Below, piece by piece: positions 27,821 through 37,219 of a stretch of DNA of 64,000 bases (position 1 is the stretch's first letter; every line of letters begins with the position of its first letter). The stretch is from contig CAZSIF010000006.1 in assembly GCA_964607155.1 (NCBI GenBank), positions 25,048 to 89,047 of the forward strand, written 5' to 3'. The position numbers and the translations under genes were made by a program. The notes under the pieces are model-generated. The model worked only from the letters and a program-made list of their open reading frames with translations. It was not told where the DNA came from and did no database searches. Source of the stretch: an uncultured Oscillospiraceae bacterium (GTDB lineage: Bacteria; Bacillota; Clostridia; Christensenellales; CAG-314).

Positions 27821-28381
27821 ATGACAGGACTAACAATAGGCATTATCGGTCTGGCTATGTGCGCAATTTTGTGCGGTATCGGGTCAGGCTTGGGACTTAA
27901 AGCTACGGGCTCGGCGTCTACAGGCGTTATGGCGGAAGAACCTTCCAAATTTAGCAAGGTAATCGTGCTTGCGTTGCTGCCTGCAACACAGGGTATCTAC
28001 GGCTTTGTTATTGCAATCTTGGGCGCAAGCTATTTGCCGACGGTTTCCGCTTTGACAAGTGCGGGCATTCTCGACGTGGTTACAGAGGCGCAAATTACGG
28101 CGCAGGGCTGGAACGTTTTTTGGGCGGTTATGCCTATGACGCTTGGCGGTGCAATATCTGCTTACTTGCAGGGACGCACCGCGGCAACAACCATTATTGG
28201 CGTTGGCAAAAAGGGCGAAATTTCCTCTAAGGCACTCATTTTCCCTGCAATGATCGAGTTCTATGCATTGCTTGGCTTGGTGGTGTCCATTTTGCTTCTC
28301 GGTAACATTCCCGTATCCAATATCGCAAGCTACAAAATTGCAGAAGTGGTATCTGAGGCTGCACAAATCGTAACGCCATAA
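27821..28381 (+). CDS. ntpK: V/A-type ATPase proteolipid subunit K (c-ring)
   Basis: A double-hairpin proteolipid with PATQGIYGF, AYLQG and AMIEFYALLG motifs. At 186 aa it is longer than typical. Confidence 0.85.
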   Translation: MTGLTIGIIGLAMCAILCGIGSGLGLKATGSASTGVMAEEPSKFSKVIVLALLPATQGIYGFVIAILGASYLPTVSALTSAGILDVVTEAQITAQGWNVFWAVMPMTLGGAISAYLQGRTAATTIIGVGKKGEISSKALIFPAMIEFYALLGLVVSILLLGNIPVSNIASYKIAEVVSEAAQIVTP

Positions 28382-28407
28382 CGCCACAAAAAAAAACGAG
28401 GTTCATC

Positions 28408-28989
28408 ATGAACGGTAAAGAAAACATTATTCAGCGGATTCTTGCCGATGCCGATAGCAAATGCGAATATATTTTGTCTGAGGCGGAAGCAAGAGCTGCC
28501 GAGATAATTGCTACGGCTAACCAAACTGTTAGCGACGAGCGTAAGGCTCTTGACGAAAAAACAAAGCTGTTGGCAGAGGAAAAACGACGTAACGGTCTTG
28601 CTGCCGCTCAGCTTGCAGCACGCAAATATCGTCTGCAAAAAAAGCAGGAGCTTATTTCCGAGTGTTACAACAAGGCACTAAAGGAGCTTGCGCAATTACC
28701 GCCCGATGGCGTAAAGCAACTTGCAACCCGTTTGATTACGGCGTATGCCGAGCAAAACGAGCACGTTTGCATATCTGCAATGTACGAGAATGTAATTACG
28801 CAGCAATTACTTGACGGCTTTAATATGGGGCTGGTGCTTGACGAGCGGCGCATCGAGGACGACGGCGGCTTACTGCTTTTGGGCGATGGGTATCAAAAGG
28901 AGCTTTCGCTAAATAGGCTGGTTGCGTATTCGCGCGAGCGCACAGAGGCAAAGCTTTCCGCAGCCCTGTTTGGAGATAACAATGGATAG
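28408..28989 (+). CDS. ntpE: V/A-type ATPase subunit E
   Basis: A 193-aa protein with a long N-terminal helix (ILADADSKCEYILSEAEARAAEII) and operon position between K and C. Confidence 0.8.
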   Translation: MNGKENIIQRILADADSKCEYILSEAEARAAEIIATANQTVSDERKALDEKTKLLAEEKRRNGLAAAQLAARKYRLQKKQELISECYNKALKELAQLPPDGVKQLATRLITAYAEQNEHVCISAMYENVITQQLLDGFNMGLVLDERRIEDDGGLLLLGDGYQKELSLNRLVAYSRERTEAKLSAALFGDNNG

Positions 28990-29926
28990 CAATCAAATTT
29001 TTGCAAACGGCAGATTGGCAGTGATGTCAACCAAGCTTTTCGGCGTGGATAAATTCAACCGTCTTGCCGATTGCTCTTGCCTTGCGGAGGCGGTCAGTGT
29101 GCTTTCGGAATTAGGTTACGGCAATGGTGTGGCATTGGATAATCCCAACGACTACGAGCGTTTGCTGGTCGCTGAATTGGATACTGCCATGCGTGACTTT
29201 AAGGAGCTTTGCTGCGACAGACGTACCAAGGAGTACTTTTTTGCTACATACGATTTTGTCAATGCAAAAGCTATTATGAAAGCTAAATATATGCGCACGG
29301 ACGGTTTGCCATATTGTTTTGTGAACGCTACCTACGATGTGGCGAAAATGCAGCAGGATTTTGTTGCGGATAATTATGGCGATTATTATGTCGAAATGGC
29401 AGAGGCTTGCGACTATATTGACGGGCAGTTTGCCGACGGCAATCGTTCTCCGCAGGTTATCGACGTGGCGTTGGATAGGGCTGCGTTTGCTTGTAGGCGT
29501 AAGCGTGCAAGGACGGGGCTGCTAAAAAACTTATACGTTTGGCAGGCGGATACAGCAAACCTGCTTGCGCTTGCTCGCTGCAAAAAGGCGGGCGCGGATA
29601 GGCAAGCTTTTGAGCAGTTGCTTATTGGCGGAGGCAAGATATCCGAAAAGATTTTGTTGCAACTGTGGAACGGCAACAGCTCGGAGCTGTGCGATAGCTA
29701 CAGAACTTTTTGGAATCTGCTTAACAACGGCGGATTAATGGAAGCGGAAACAATACAGAGTAAAACGACGCGTGCCATGCTATCGGAAAACGTTAACGAG
29801 CTTTCCGTGCAGCCGGCTGTCAATTATTTTGCGGCAAAACAGCGCGAAACGGACGTTATTCGTTATATACTTATCAGCATCAAAAACGGCGTCGATAAGG
29901 AAAGAATAAAGCAATTTTTCGCCTAA
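28982..29926 (+). CDS. ntpC: V/A-type ATPase subunit C (d-type)
   Basis: A 314-aa helical protein in the expected operon position. I chose the ATG at 28982, which overlaps the end of ntpE. Confidence 0.75.
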   Translation: MDSNQIFANGRLAVMSTKLFGVDKFNRLADCSCLAEAVSVLSELGYGNGVALDNPNDYERLLVAELDTAMRDFKELCCDRRTKEYFFATYDFVNAKAIMKAKYMRTDGLPYCFVNATYDVAKMQQDFVADNYGDYYVEMAEACDYIDGQFADGNRSPQVIDVALDRAAFACRRKRARTGLLKNLYVWQADTANLLALARCKKAGADRQAFEQLLIGGGKISEKILLQLWNGNSSELCDSYRTFWNLLNNGGLMEAETIQSKTTRAMLSENVNELSVQPAVNYFAAKQRETDVIRYILISIKNGVDKERIKQFFA

Positions 29927-29948
29927 TTTTTGCGTAAGGAAGCAACTT

Positions 29949-30275
29949 ATGGTAAACAAGATAGCAGTTATAGGAGATAAGGACGCTGTATCGGGCTTTA
30001 AGGCGGTGGGCGTTGAGGTGTTTGACGCAACCACTCCGGAACAAGCACAGGAGCTTTTGAAAAGGCTTTCGAGGCAGGGATATGCCGTGCTTTTTATTGC
30101 CGAGGCTCTTGCCGAGCAGATACCCGATACCCTTGCCAAGCTAAAGACGCAGGCATTCCCCGCTGTGGTGCCGATACCTACAAACGGTAAAAGCAGCGGC
30201 TTTGGAATGAAGGGCATCAAGGCGGATGTGGAAAAGGCAATCGGCGTGGATATTATTTTTAATAAAGAGGACTAA
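29949..30275 (+). CDS. ntpG: V/A-type ATPase subunit F
   Basis: A 108-aa protein starting [22 protein letters not shown], typical of V-ATPase subunit F. Confidence 0.85.
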   Translation: MVNKIAVIGDKDAVSGFKAVGVEVFDATTPEQAQELLKRLSRQGYAVLFIAEALAEQIPDTLAKLKTQAFPAVVPIPTNGKSSGFGMKGIKADVEKAIGVDIIFNKED

Positions 30276-30277
30276 CA

Positions 30278-32035
30278 ATGACAGGAAAAATCGTAAAGGT
30301 CAGCGGACCGCTTATCGTTGCGGAAAATCTTGCCGACGTGGAAATGTATGACGTTGTAAAGGTTTCGGATAAAAAGCTTATCGGTGAAGTCATCGAGCTA
30401 CGCAATGACAAGGCAAGCATACAAGTTTACGAGGAAACGGGCGGCTTAAAGGTGGGCGACGAGGTTGTATCGACGGGCGCGCCGCTTTCGGTGGAGCTCG
30501 GTCCGGGGCTTATCGAAGGCATATTTGACGGCATACAGCGTCCGTTGGACGTTTTGATGCAACAATCCGGCTCGCGTATTGGCAGGGGTATAGAGGTGTT
30601 TTCACTCAACCGTCAGCGCAAATGGCGTTTTAACCCCGTTGCCAAGGTGGGAGACGAAGTTGTTCCTGGCGACGTGTTGGGCACCGTGCAGGAAACGAGC
30701 ATCGTTTTACACAAAATAATGGTACCGCACGGCGTTAGCGGCAGGCTCACTTTTGTTGCGGATAGCGGTGATTACACAATTACGGAGCCAATTGCAAAGG
30801 TGGGCGACACAACGCTTACAATGATGCAAAAGTGGCCGGTGCGTAAGGGTAGACCGTACAAGCAAAAACTTTCGCCGGATTTGCCAATGGTAACAGGTCA
30901 GCGTGTTATAGATACGCTGTTCCCCATTGCAAAAGGCGGCGTGGCTGCCGTGCCGGGACCGTTTGGAAGTGGCAAAACGGTGGTGCAGCATCAGCTTGCA
31001 AAGTGGGCGGATGCGGATATTATCGTGTACGTTGGCTGCGGTGAACGCGGTAATGAAATGACGGACGTTTTGCGTGAGTTTCCCGAGTTAAAGGATCCCA
31101 AAACGGGCGAGCCTCTTATGAAGCGTACCGTGCTTATCGCCAACACGAGCGATATGCCAGTTGCCGCGCGTGAGGCAAGTATATATACTGGCATAACTAT
31201 TGCGGAATATTTCCGCGATATGGGCTACACTGTTGCAATCATGGCGGATAGCACTTCGCGTTGGGCGGAGGCTCTGCGTGAAATGAGCGGTCGCTTGGAG
31301 GAAATGCCGGGCGAAGAGGGCTACCCTGCCTATCTATCCAGCCGTCTGGCGGAGTTCTACGAGCGTGCAGGCATCGTCAAGGTGCTTGGTAGCAACGATA
31401 CCGTTGGCGCAATATCGGCAATCGGCGCGGTTTCGCCCCCGGGCGGCGATCTTTCGGAACCTGTTTCGCAAGCTACGCTTAGAATTGTCAAGGTGTTTTG
31501 GGGACTTTCCGCAAGTCTTGCGTACAAGCGGCACTTCCCTGCAATCGATTGGCTTACCAGCTACTCGTTGTATGACGACAAACTTGAGGATTGGTATGCG
31601 GATAACGTTGCGGAGGACTTTAATGCTCTCAAACAGGAGTTGCGCTTTGTTTTGCAGGAAGAAAATCAGCTAAACGAGATTGTTCGCCTTGTGGGTATGG
31701 ACGCACTCGGCGCGCGCGACCGCTTGACTATGGAAACGGCAAAATCCATCCGCGAGGACTATTTGCACCAAAATGCTTTCCACGAGGTGGATACATATAC
31801 ATCGCTAAACAAGCAGTACAAGATGATGAAGCTGATACTTAGCTTTTACCATCTTGCAACGGATGCATTGGAGCACGACGTTGAGCTAAACGACCTGCTG
31901 AGCTTACCCGTTAGGGAACAAATCGGCAGGGCAAAGTATGTTGAAGAATCGTCAATCGAAAGACTGGACGAAATTCAACGCAATATCAAAAGGGAAATTA
32001 ACGCTCTCGTAAATAAAGGAGACGCAAATGCTTAA
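30278..32035 (+). CDS. ntpA: V/A-type ATPase catalytic subunit A
   Basis: Walker [10 protein letters not shown], the non-homologous insertion region typical of A subunits, and 585 aa. Confidence 0.95.
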   Translation: MTGKIVKVSGPLIVAENLADVEMYDVVKVSDKKLIGEVIELRNDKASIQVYEETGGLKVGDEVVSTGAPLSVELGPGLIEGIFDGIQRPLDVLMQQSGSRIGRGIEVFSLNRQRKWRFNPVAKVGDEVVPGDVLGTVQETSIVLHKIMVPHGVSGRLTFVADSGDYTITEPIAKVGDTTLTMMQKWPVRKGRPYKQKLSPDLPMVTGQRVIDTLFPIAKGGVAAVPGPFGSGKTVVQHQLAKWADADIIVYVGCGERGNEMTDVLREFPELKDPKTGEPLMKRTVLIANTSDMPVAAREASIYTGITIAEYFRDMGYTVAIMADSTSRWAEALREMSGRLEEMPGEEGYPAYLSSRLAEFYERAGIVKVLGSNDTVGAISAIGAVSPPGGDLSEPVSQATLRIVKVFWGLSASLAYKRHFPAIDWLTSYSLYDDKLEDWYADNVAEDFNALKQELRFVLQEENQLNEIVRLVGMDALGARDRLTMETAKSIREDYLHQNAFHEVDTYTSLNKQYKMMKLILSFYHLATDALEHDVELNDLLSLPVREQIGRAKYVEESSIERLDEIQRNIKREINALVNKGDANA

Positions 32036-33407
32036 GGAATACAAAACCATCCGCGAGGTTGTGGGACCGCTAATGCTTGTGGATAGAGTCGAAGGCGTAA
32101 GCTATAATGAGCTTGTGGAAATCACGCAGGAAAACGGTGAGGTTCGCAAGGGTAAAGTGCTGGAAGTTAATGGCGACAAGGCACTTGTTCAGCTGTTCGA
32201 AGGCACGCAGGGACTTAAAATTGCCACTTCTAAGGCGAGATTTTTGGGCAGAAGCCTTGAACTTGCCGTATCGGAAGATATGCTTGGCAGAGTTTTTAAC
32301 GGTATGGGCGAGCCTATCGACGGCGGTGCGCCTATAATTGCCGATATGCGTATGGATATTAACGGTCAGCCGATAAACCCGTATGCGCGTGATTATCCCA
32401 ATGAGTTTATTCAAACCGGTATTTCCGCCATCGACGGACTTAACACACTGGTAAGGGGGCAAAAGCTACCTGTATTTTCAGCAAGCGGTTTGCCTCACGC
32501 ACAGTTGGCGGCACAAATCGCTCGTCAGGCACGCGTGCTTGGCGATGACGAAAGGTTTGCCGTTGTGTTCGGCGCAATGGGTATCACCTACGAGGAAGCG
32601 GACTTTTTTATCAAGGACTTCAATAAAACGGGTGCAATCGAGCGTACTGTGATGTTTATCAACCTTGCAAACGATCCGGCAATCGAGCGTATCAGCACGC
32701 CCCGTATGGCACTTACCGCCGCAGAGTATCTCGCCTTTGAAAAGGGCATGCAGGTGCTTGTAATTTTGACGGATATCACCAACTATGCAGAGGCTTTGCG
32801 TGAAACGTCCGCTGCCCGTAAGGAAGTGCCCGGTCGTCGTGGCTACCCCGGATATATGTACACCGACCTTGCTTCGATGTACGAGCGTGCCGGACGCATT
32901 CACGGTTGTAGCGGTTCGATAACGCAAATTCCCATTTTGTCCATGCCGGAGGACGACAAAACGCATCCCATTCCGGACCTTACGGGCTATATCACAGAAG
33001 GGCAAATTATTTTGTCGCGTGATTTGTATAAACGTGGCTACAATCCGCCAATCGACGTTCTGCCAAGCCTATCCCGTTTGAAGGATAAGGGCATAGGCAA
33101 GGGTAAGACTCGCGAGGACCATGCCAGTACAATGAACCAGCTGTTTTCCGCCTACGCGCAGGGTAAGGAGGCAAAGGAGCTTTCTGCAATACTTGGCGAG
33201 GCGGCACTTTCAGATGTAGATAAGCTGTATGCACGCTTTGCGGTGGAATTTGAAAAACAATACATTGCACAGGGCTTTACGGAAAACCGCTCAATCGAGC
33301 AAACTCTCGATCTTGGCTGGAAGTTGTTGGGTATTTTGCCGAGAAGCGAATTGAAACGTATCTCCGACGAAATGCTGGATAAATACTACAAACCGTACCA
33401 GTTTTAG
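32028..33407 (+). CDS. ntpB: V/A-type ATPase subunit B
   Basis: A 459-aa protein starting [16 protein letters not shown], typical of V-ATPase B. It overlaps the end of ntpA. Confidence 0.95.
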   Translation: MLKEYKTIREVVGPLMLVDRVEGVSYNELVEITQENGEVRKGKVLEVNGDKALVQLFEGTQGLKIATSKARFLGRSLELAVSEDMLGRVFNGMGEPIDGGAPIIADMRMDINGQPINPYARDYPNEFIQTGISAIDGLNTLVRGQKLPVFSASGLPHAQLAAQIARQARVLGDDERFAVVFGAMGITYEEADFFIKDFNKTGAIERTVMFINLANDPAIERISTPRMALTAAEYLAFEKGMQVLVILTDITNYAEALRETSAARKEVPGRRGYPGYMYTDLASMYERAGRIHGCSGSITQIPILSMPEDDKTHPIPDLTGYITEGQIILSRDLYKRGYNPPIDVLPSLSRLKDKGIGKGKTREDHASTMNQLFSAYAQGKEAKELSAILGEAALSDVDKLYARFAVEFEKQYIAQGFTENRSIEQTLDLGWKLLGILPRSELKRISDEMLDKYYKPYQF

Positions 33408-33708
33408 GGATAGAGTGCACCTTTATGTCGCATTAAAACGAGCTTGACGTTGCATATGTGCGGAACACCATACACGTTATTTGTAATCGTACGCCGTGTA
33501 TTGCATTGTTCGCTTGGCATTAAAATAGTGCTATAGTATGCCTTGCGGCATGCAGTTCGGCGCGACGTTGACAGTGTGGTTTGCCACAGGCTGTATTCGT
33601 ATTAAAGCAGTAAAGTAGACGATATTTTGATTAAGGCGGTGCGCTTGTGCGCATCAAAATGGAGTGTAAAACGCAAAAAGCGTTGGCACGCAAAGGAATC
33701 TTGTTGTT

Positions 33709-34332
33709 ATGGCAATAATGAACGTTAATCCAACTCGAATGGAAATGAAGCGGCTGCAAGCGCGACTAAAAACGGCAACGCGCGGACACAAGTTGTTAAA
33801 GGATAAAACGGACGAAATGATCCGTCGCTTTATCACGCTTGCACAGGAAAATAAACGTCTCCGTGCGGAAACGGAGCGTGAGTTATCCGATGCGCTTGTC
33901 AGTTTTACGCTGGCTAAGGCGGCAACCGACGGACGTATGGTGGACGAGGCAATAATGATGCCCTCGCGCACGGTGAGTTTAACCTGCTCCAAGCGCAAGG
34001 TGATGGGTATCGACGTGCCGGCAATTGATATCGACGATACGCAAGACTCGCTGTATCCATATGGTTTTTTGGCGCAAAGCGGTAGTTTGGATGAAGCTGT
34101 TAGGGGACTTAATGCTGTGCTGTACAAGCTAATACGACTTGCAGAAACGGAAAAAACCTGCAATATGCTCGCCGACGAAATTGAAAAAAATAAGCGTCGC
34201 GTTAACGCACTTGAAAATATCATGATACCGCAGCTGACGGAAACCATTCGCTATATCAAAATGAAGTTGGACGAAAGCGAGCGTTCCGCTACGGTGCGCT
34301 TGATGAAGGTCAAAGATATGCTAAACAATTAA
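33709..34332 (+). CDS. ntpD: V/A-type ATPase subunit D
   Basis: NVNPTRMEMKRLQARLKTATRGHKLLKDK is the canonical subunit D N-terminus. The gene is separated from ntpB by an unusual 300-nt spacer. Confidence 0.9.
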   Translation: MAIMNVNPTRMEMKRLQARLKTATRGHKLLKDKTDEMIRRFITLAQENKRLRAETERELSDALVSFTLAKAATDGRMVDEAIMMPSRTVSLTCSKRKVMGIDVPAIDIDDTQDSLYPYGFLAQSGSLDEAVRGLNAVLYKLIRLAETEKTCNMLADEIEKNKRRVNALENIMIPQLTETIRYIKMKLDESERSATVRLMKVKDMLNN

Positions 34333-34339
34333 TTGCAAG

Positions 34340-34365
34340 GAGCCCTGTATTGGGGCTCTTTTTTT
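34340..34365 (+). terminator. Intrinsic terminator of the V-ATPase operon
   Basis: GAGCCC / GGGCTC stem followed by T7. Confidence 0.75.
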
Positions 34366-34460
34366 GCGATGGCGTTTTTTTTTTGATTCTTTATAAGGCT
34401 AAATAAAAAGATACTGGTGGCAAATAAATATGCTGATAGAATAGGAGCAACAATCTTGAA

Positions 34461-34501
34461 AGTTAAAACACAAAGCGCAGGCTAATTTTAGCCTGCGCTT
34501 T
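34461..34501 (-). terminator. Distal intrinsic terminator of the orphan minus-strand unit
   Basis: AAAGCGCAGGC / GCCTGCGCTTT 11-bp perfect stem, followed on the minus strand by GTGTTTT. Confidence 0.6.
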
Positions 34502-34600
34502 GTGTGTGTTGTTTATGTCTAATTCTCGCTTGAAAGGAAAACTAAACAAATCCCTCCGTAAAAGTTTTTTGTTGATGTGGTGTTTTCGATTATTTGTCGT

Positions 34601-34643
34601 ATAAATAAAAACGCTATCCGATAGCCAAAAGCGTCGGATAGCG
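34601..34643 (-). terminator. Proximal intrinsic terminator of the orphan minus-strand unit
   Basis: CGCTATCCG / CGGATAGCG 9-bp perfect stem, followed on the minus strand by TTTTTATTTAT. Confidence 0.6.
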
Positions 34644-34735
34644 CAAAAGGAACGCCTAGTGGCGTTGTGTGCTAATGTTCCGACTTTGTTCCGCCAAGGT
34701 CTGTCGGCTACCAAGGCGTCTGACGAGTATGCGCG

Positions 34736-34775
34736 GTACATCTCCAAGCGTATTTGAGCTTTGGGATTTACAATG
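34736..34775 (-). repeat. Copy E of the recurrent hairpin motif (inside the candidate ncRNA)
   Basis: Minus strand reads TTGTAAATCCCAAAGCTCAAATACGCTTGGAGATGTAC. Compare copy B, GATGTGAATCCCAAAAGTTGGACGCTTTTGGAGGTGCAT. Confidence 0.6.
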
Positions 34776-34811
34776 CTACTCGTATTTGATGGCATATAAA
34801 AATATATTAGT

Positions 34812-34840
34812 ATTATAAAGCCTTGCTTGTGTCGTGTCAA
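34812..34840 (-). promoter_or_regulatory. Perfect consensus sigma-A promoter (P1) of the orphan unit
   Basis: Minus strand reads TTGACA-CGACACAAGCAAGGCTT(17)-TATAAT. Confidence 0.55.
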
Positions 34841-34891
34841 GAATATTTAGTTTATTTTATCGGAAAATAAACAAATATTTAGGATAATAGC

Positions 34892-34922
34892 ATTATACCC
34901 CCCCCCCCCCGAATATTGTCAA
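34892..34922 (-). promoter_or_regulatory. Second promoter (P2) with a G13 homopolymer in the spacer
   Basis: Minus strand reads TTGACA-ATATTC-G13-TATAAT, a 19-nt spacer. The G run abuts the -10 hexamer exactly as at 17372-17380. Confidence 0.45.
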
Positions 34923-35056
34923 GCTCTTGAAGTTATCTTGTAAAAAAAAGTACAAAAAGTACGGAATAGTGAGTTTGTCTTATTCGGCTCGTTTTGTTTG
35001 CGGGGCAGCTGCCGTCAATGAACGTCATAAAAAGGCGGCAGGATGGAAATTTGACT

Positions 35057-35092
35057 GAAAAAAAAATGACGGTGGCAAATTGCCATCGTCAT
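35057..35092 (-). terminator. Intrinsic terminator of glyQS
   Basis: A 13-bp stem ATGACGATGGCAA / TTGCCACCGTCAT with one mismatch, followed on the minus strand by T9. Confidence 0.7.
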
Positions 35093-35109
35093 TTATATGG
35101 TTTTTTGTA

Positions 35110-36498
35110 TTAGTAGATGTAAATGCGTTTTTTGAGATAATCTTTCAGTTCGGCGACGGGAATGCGCTCCTGCTGCATGGAATCTCTTTCGCGCACGGTA
35201 ACACAGCCGTCGACCTCGGTGTCGAAGTCGATGGTGATGCAAAACGGCGTGCCGATTTCGTCTTGACGGCGATAACGTTTACCGATGCTACCTGCCTCGT
35301 CGTAATCGCAAGTAAACTCCTTTATCAGGTCGTTGTATATATCTGTTGCCTTGTCGCTAAGCTTTTTGGATAGCGGCAACACGCACGCTTTGACGGGGGC
35401 AAGCTCGGGGTGGAGGTGCAACACTACGCGTGTGTCGTTTTCACCAACAACCTCTTCGTCGTAGGCATTGGATAAAAATGCCAAAAAGGCTCTGTCTACG
35501 CCAAGGCTTGGCTCAATAACGTACGGAATGTACTTTTCGTTGGTAACGGGATCGAGGTAATCCAGTGTTTGACCGCATGCTTCGCTGTGGCGCGTAAGGT
35601 CGTAATCGGTGCGGTCGGCAATGCCCCAAAGCTCACCCCAACCGAATGGGAATTTAACCTCAAAGTCGGTGGTGGCTTTGCTGTAAAAGCACAGCTCGTC
35701 TTTATCATGGTCGCGCAGACGCAAGTTTTCTTCCTTCATGCCAAGGTCAAGCAGCCACTGTTTGCAAAAGTTCTTCCAGTAATCAAACCACTCGAGGTCT
35801 GTGCCGGGCTTGCAGAAGAATTCCAGCTCCATCTGTTCAAACTCGCGCTGTCTAAAAATAAAGTTGCCTGGGGTTATCTCGTTGCGGAATGCCTTGCCGA
35901 TTTGTCCGATTCCGAAAGGTACTTTGCGCCTTGTGGTACGGCATACGTTTTTGAAGTTTACAAAAATTCCTTGTGCTGTTTCCGGACGGAGATATACGGT
36001 GGAGGTAGAGTTTTCCGTTACGCCGATAAAGGTTTTGAACATCAGGTTGAACTTGCGAATGGAGGTAAAATCGCATTTTCCGCACACGGGGCAATGTATT
36101 TGATGCTCCACAATGTAGGCGGAAATCTCGTCATCGCTCATTGCTGCAACGGTATTGGGCAGATTATGCTTTGATTGATATTCCTCAATCAAGTTGTCTG
36201 CACGATAGCGAGTTTTGCAACCTTTACAGTCGATTAGCGGATCGGAAAAGCCTGCAAGGTGTCCTGTTGCCTCCCATGTTTTGGGATTCATTATGATTGC
36301 TGCGTCAATACCGACGTTAAGAGGATTTTCCTTGATAAACTTGCGGTACCAAACGTTTTTGATGTTGTTTTTCAGTTCCACGCCAAGAGGACCGTAGTCC
36401 CACGAGTTGGATAGACCGCCGTAAATCTCACTGCCGGAGTACACAAAGCCCCTGCCCTTTGCAAGATTTACAAGCTTGTCCATTGTAAGTTGAGCCAT
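35110..36498 (-). CDS. glyQS: Glycine--tRNA ligase (homodimeric class II type)
   Basis: N-terminus [36 protein letters not shown] and a full-length 462-aa GlyRS pattern. GGAG RBS. Confidence 0.95.
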   Translation of the reverse strand: MAQLTMDKLVNLAKGRGFVYSGSEIYGGLSNSWDYGPLGVELKNNIKNVWYRKFIKENPLNVGIDAAIIMNPKTWEATGHLAGFSDPLIDCKGCKTRYRADNLIEEYQSKHNLPNTVAAMSDDEISAYIVEHQIHCPVCGKCDFTSIRKFNLMFKTFIGVTENSTSTVYLRPETAQGIFVNFKNVCRTTRRKVPFGIGQIGKAFRNEITPGNFIFRQREFEQMELEFFCKPGTDLEWFDYWKNFCKQWLLDLGMKEENLRLRDHDKDELCFYSKATTDFEVKFPFGWGELWGIADRTDYDLTRHSEACGQTLDYLDPVTNEKYIPYVIEPSLGVDRAFLAFLSNAYDEEVVGENDTRVVLHLHPELAPVKACVLPLSKKLSDKATDIYNDLIKEFTCDYDEAGSIGKRYRRQDEIGTPFCITIDFDTEVDGCVTVRERDSMQQERIPVAELKDYLKKRIYIY

Positions 36499-36530
36499 AG
36501 TAACTAATCTCCTAAAAATAATCTAAAAGT

Positions 36531-36559
36531 ATTCTAAGTTTTTATCTGAAATTTGTCAA
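36531..36559 (-). promoter_or_regulatory. Sigma-A type promoter for glyQS
   Basis: Minus strand reads TTGACA-17 nt-TAGAAT, about 30 nt upstream of the glyQS start. I could not recognise a T-box leader. Confidence 0.5.
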
Positions 36560-37219
36560 GCGTGTGTGCCGTCTTGATACGCTGTTGCGGCGTATTTTTT
36601 TTTTGTTGGAATCGCTTTTGTGGCGGTATTGGCATTTGTTTGCGATGTTTTTTATAATTGAGCAAAATTCCCGTGACTAAATAAATGTGTTTTTAGAAAA
36701 CTATATCAAATACAAGTGTTTTTAAAGAACCATACTAAATAAACGTCCTTTGGGGGAACTATACTATATATATCCATACCGTTAGCAATGCATTCGAGCG
36801 ATTGGAAGTCAGCCCCGTTATGACCACTTTGATACCTATCCATAGATTATTTATTCGATTTTAGCGGAGAACAACATGATTGGAAGTTGTATTTTGTTTT
36901 TACGTTGTCAAATATAGATTTCCGGCGGGTGTTGTGTGCAGGGGCGGACTATGTAATAGGGCTATACGAGATGTTTATTGAGTGTTGTGCGGTGACGTTT
37001 TTCATGGGGTGCGTGGCGATAGCAATAAAAAAGTTATTTCTTGCGTTTTTTCAGCCCGATTTTAGCATAATATGATAGTATAACTATAAAATATAGGCAT
37101 GCTTGGTTGATTTGTGACGCAAAAGCTTTTTTGGAATGCGGCTTGTTGTAGGGGATTGCTTACTATGGAGCGTCGCACACGAGCATTGTGCACTATTGTA
37201 TCCCCATCGGGAGGTAAAA

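Larger units (their letters stand above)
34601..34805 (-). ncRNA. Candidate structured non-coding RNA (about 200 nt, class unknown)
   Basis: It is bounded by a perfect TTGACA-17-TATAAT promoter and an intrinsic terminator. I see no ORF with a credible RBS or start. It contains several hairpins, including one copy of the recurrent hairpin motif. Confidence 0.4.

Noticed and set aside
34650-34790. Cobalamin-riboswitch-like fragments (GTAAATCC and GCCACTA) in the orphan RNA.
   Set aside because: The other conserved blocks (AGGGAA, CCCGC, ACCTGCC) are missing, and no B12-related gene follows.
34463-34840. A 125-aa minus-strand ORF spanning the whole orphan region.
   Set aside because: It starts inside the -35 hexamer of the perfect promoter and has no RBS. 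It runs through two intrinsic terminators, and its sequence has no protein-like features. I interpret the region as non-coding RNA instead.
36577-36604. Plus-strand hairpin ATACGC-N7-GCGTAT followed by T10, which looks like an intrinsic terminator.
   Set aside because: No plus-strand gene or promoter lies upstream of it; it sits just beyond the glyQS promoter. The stem is only 6 bp. It is probably fortuitous, or at most an insulator against antisense transcription.
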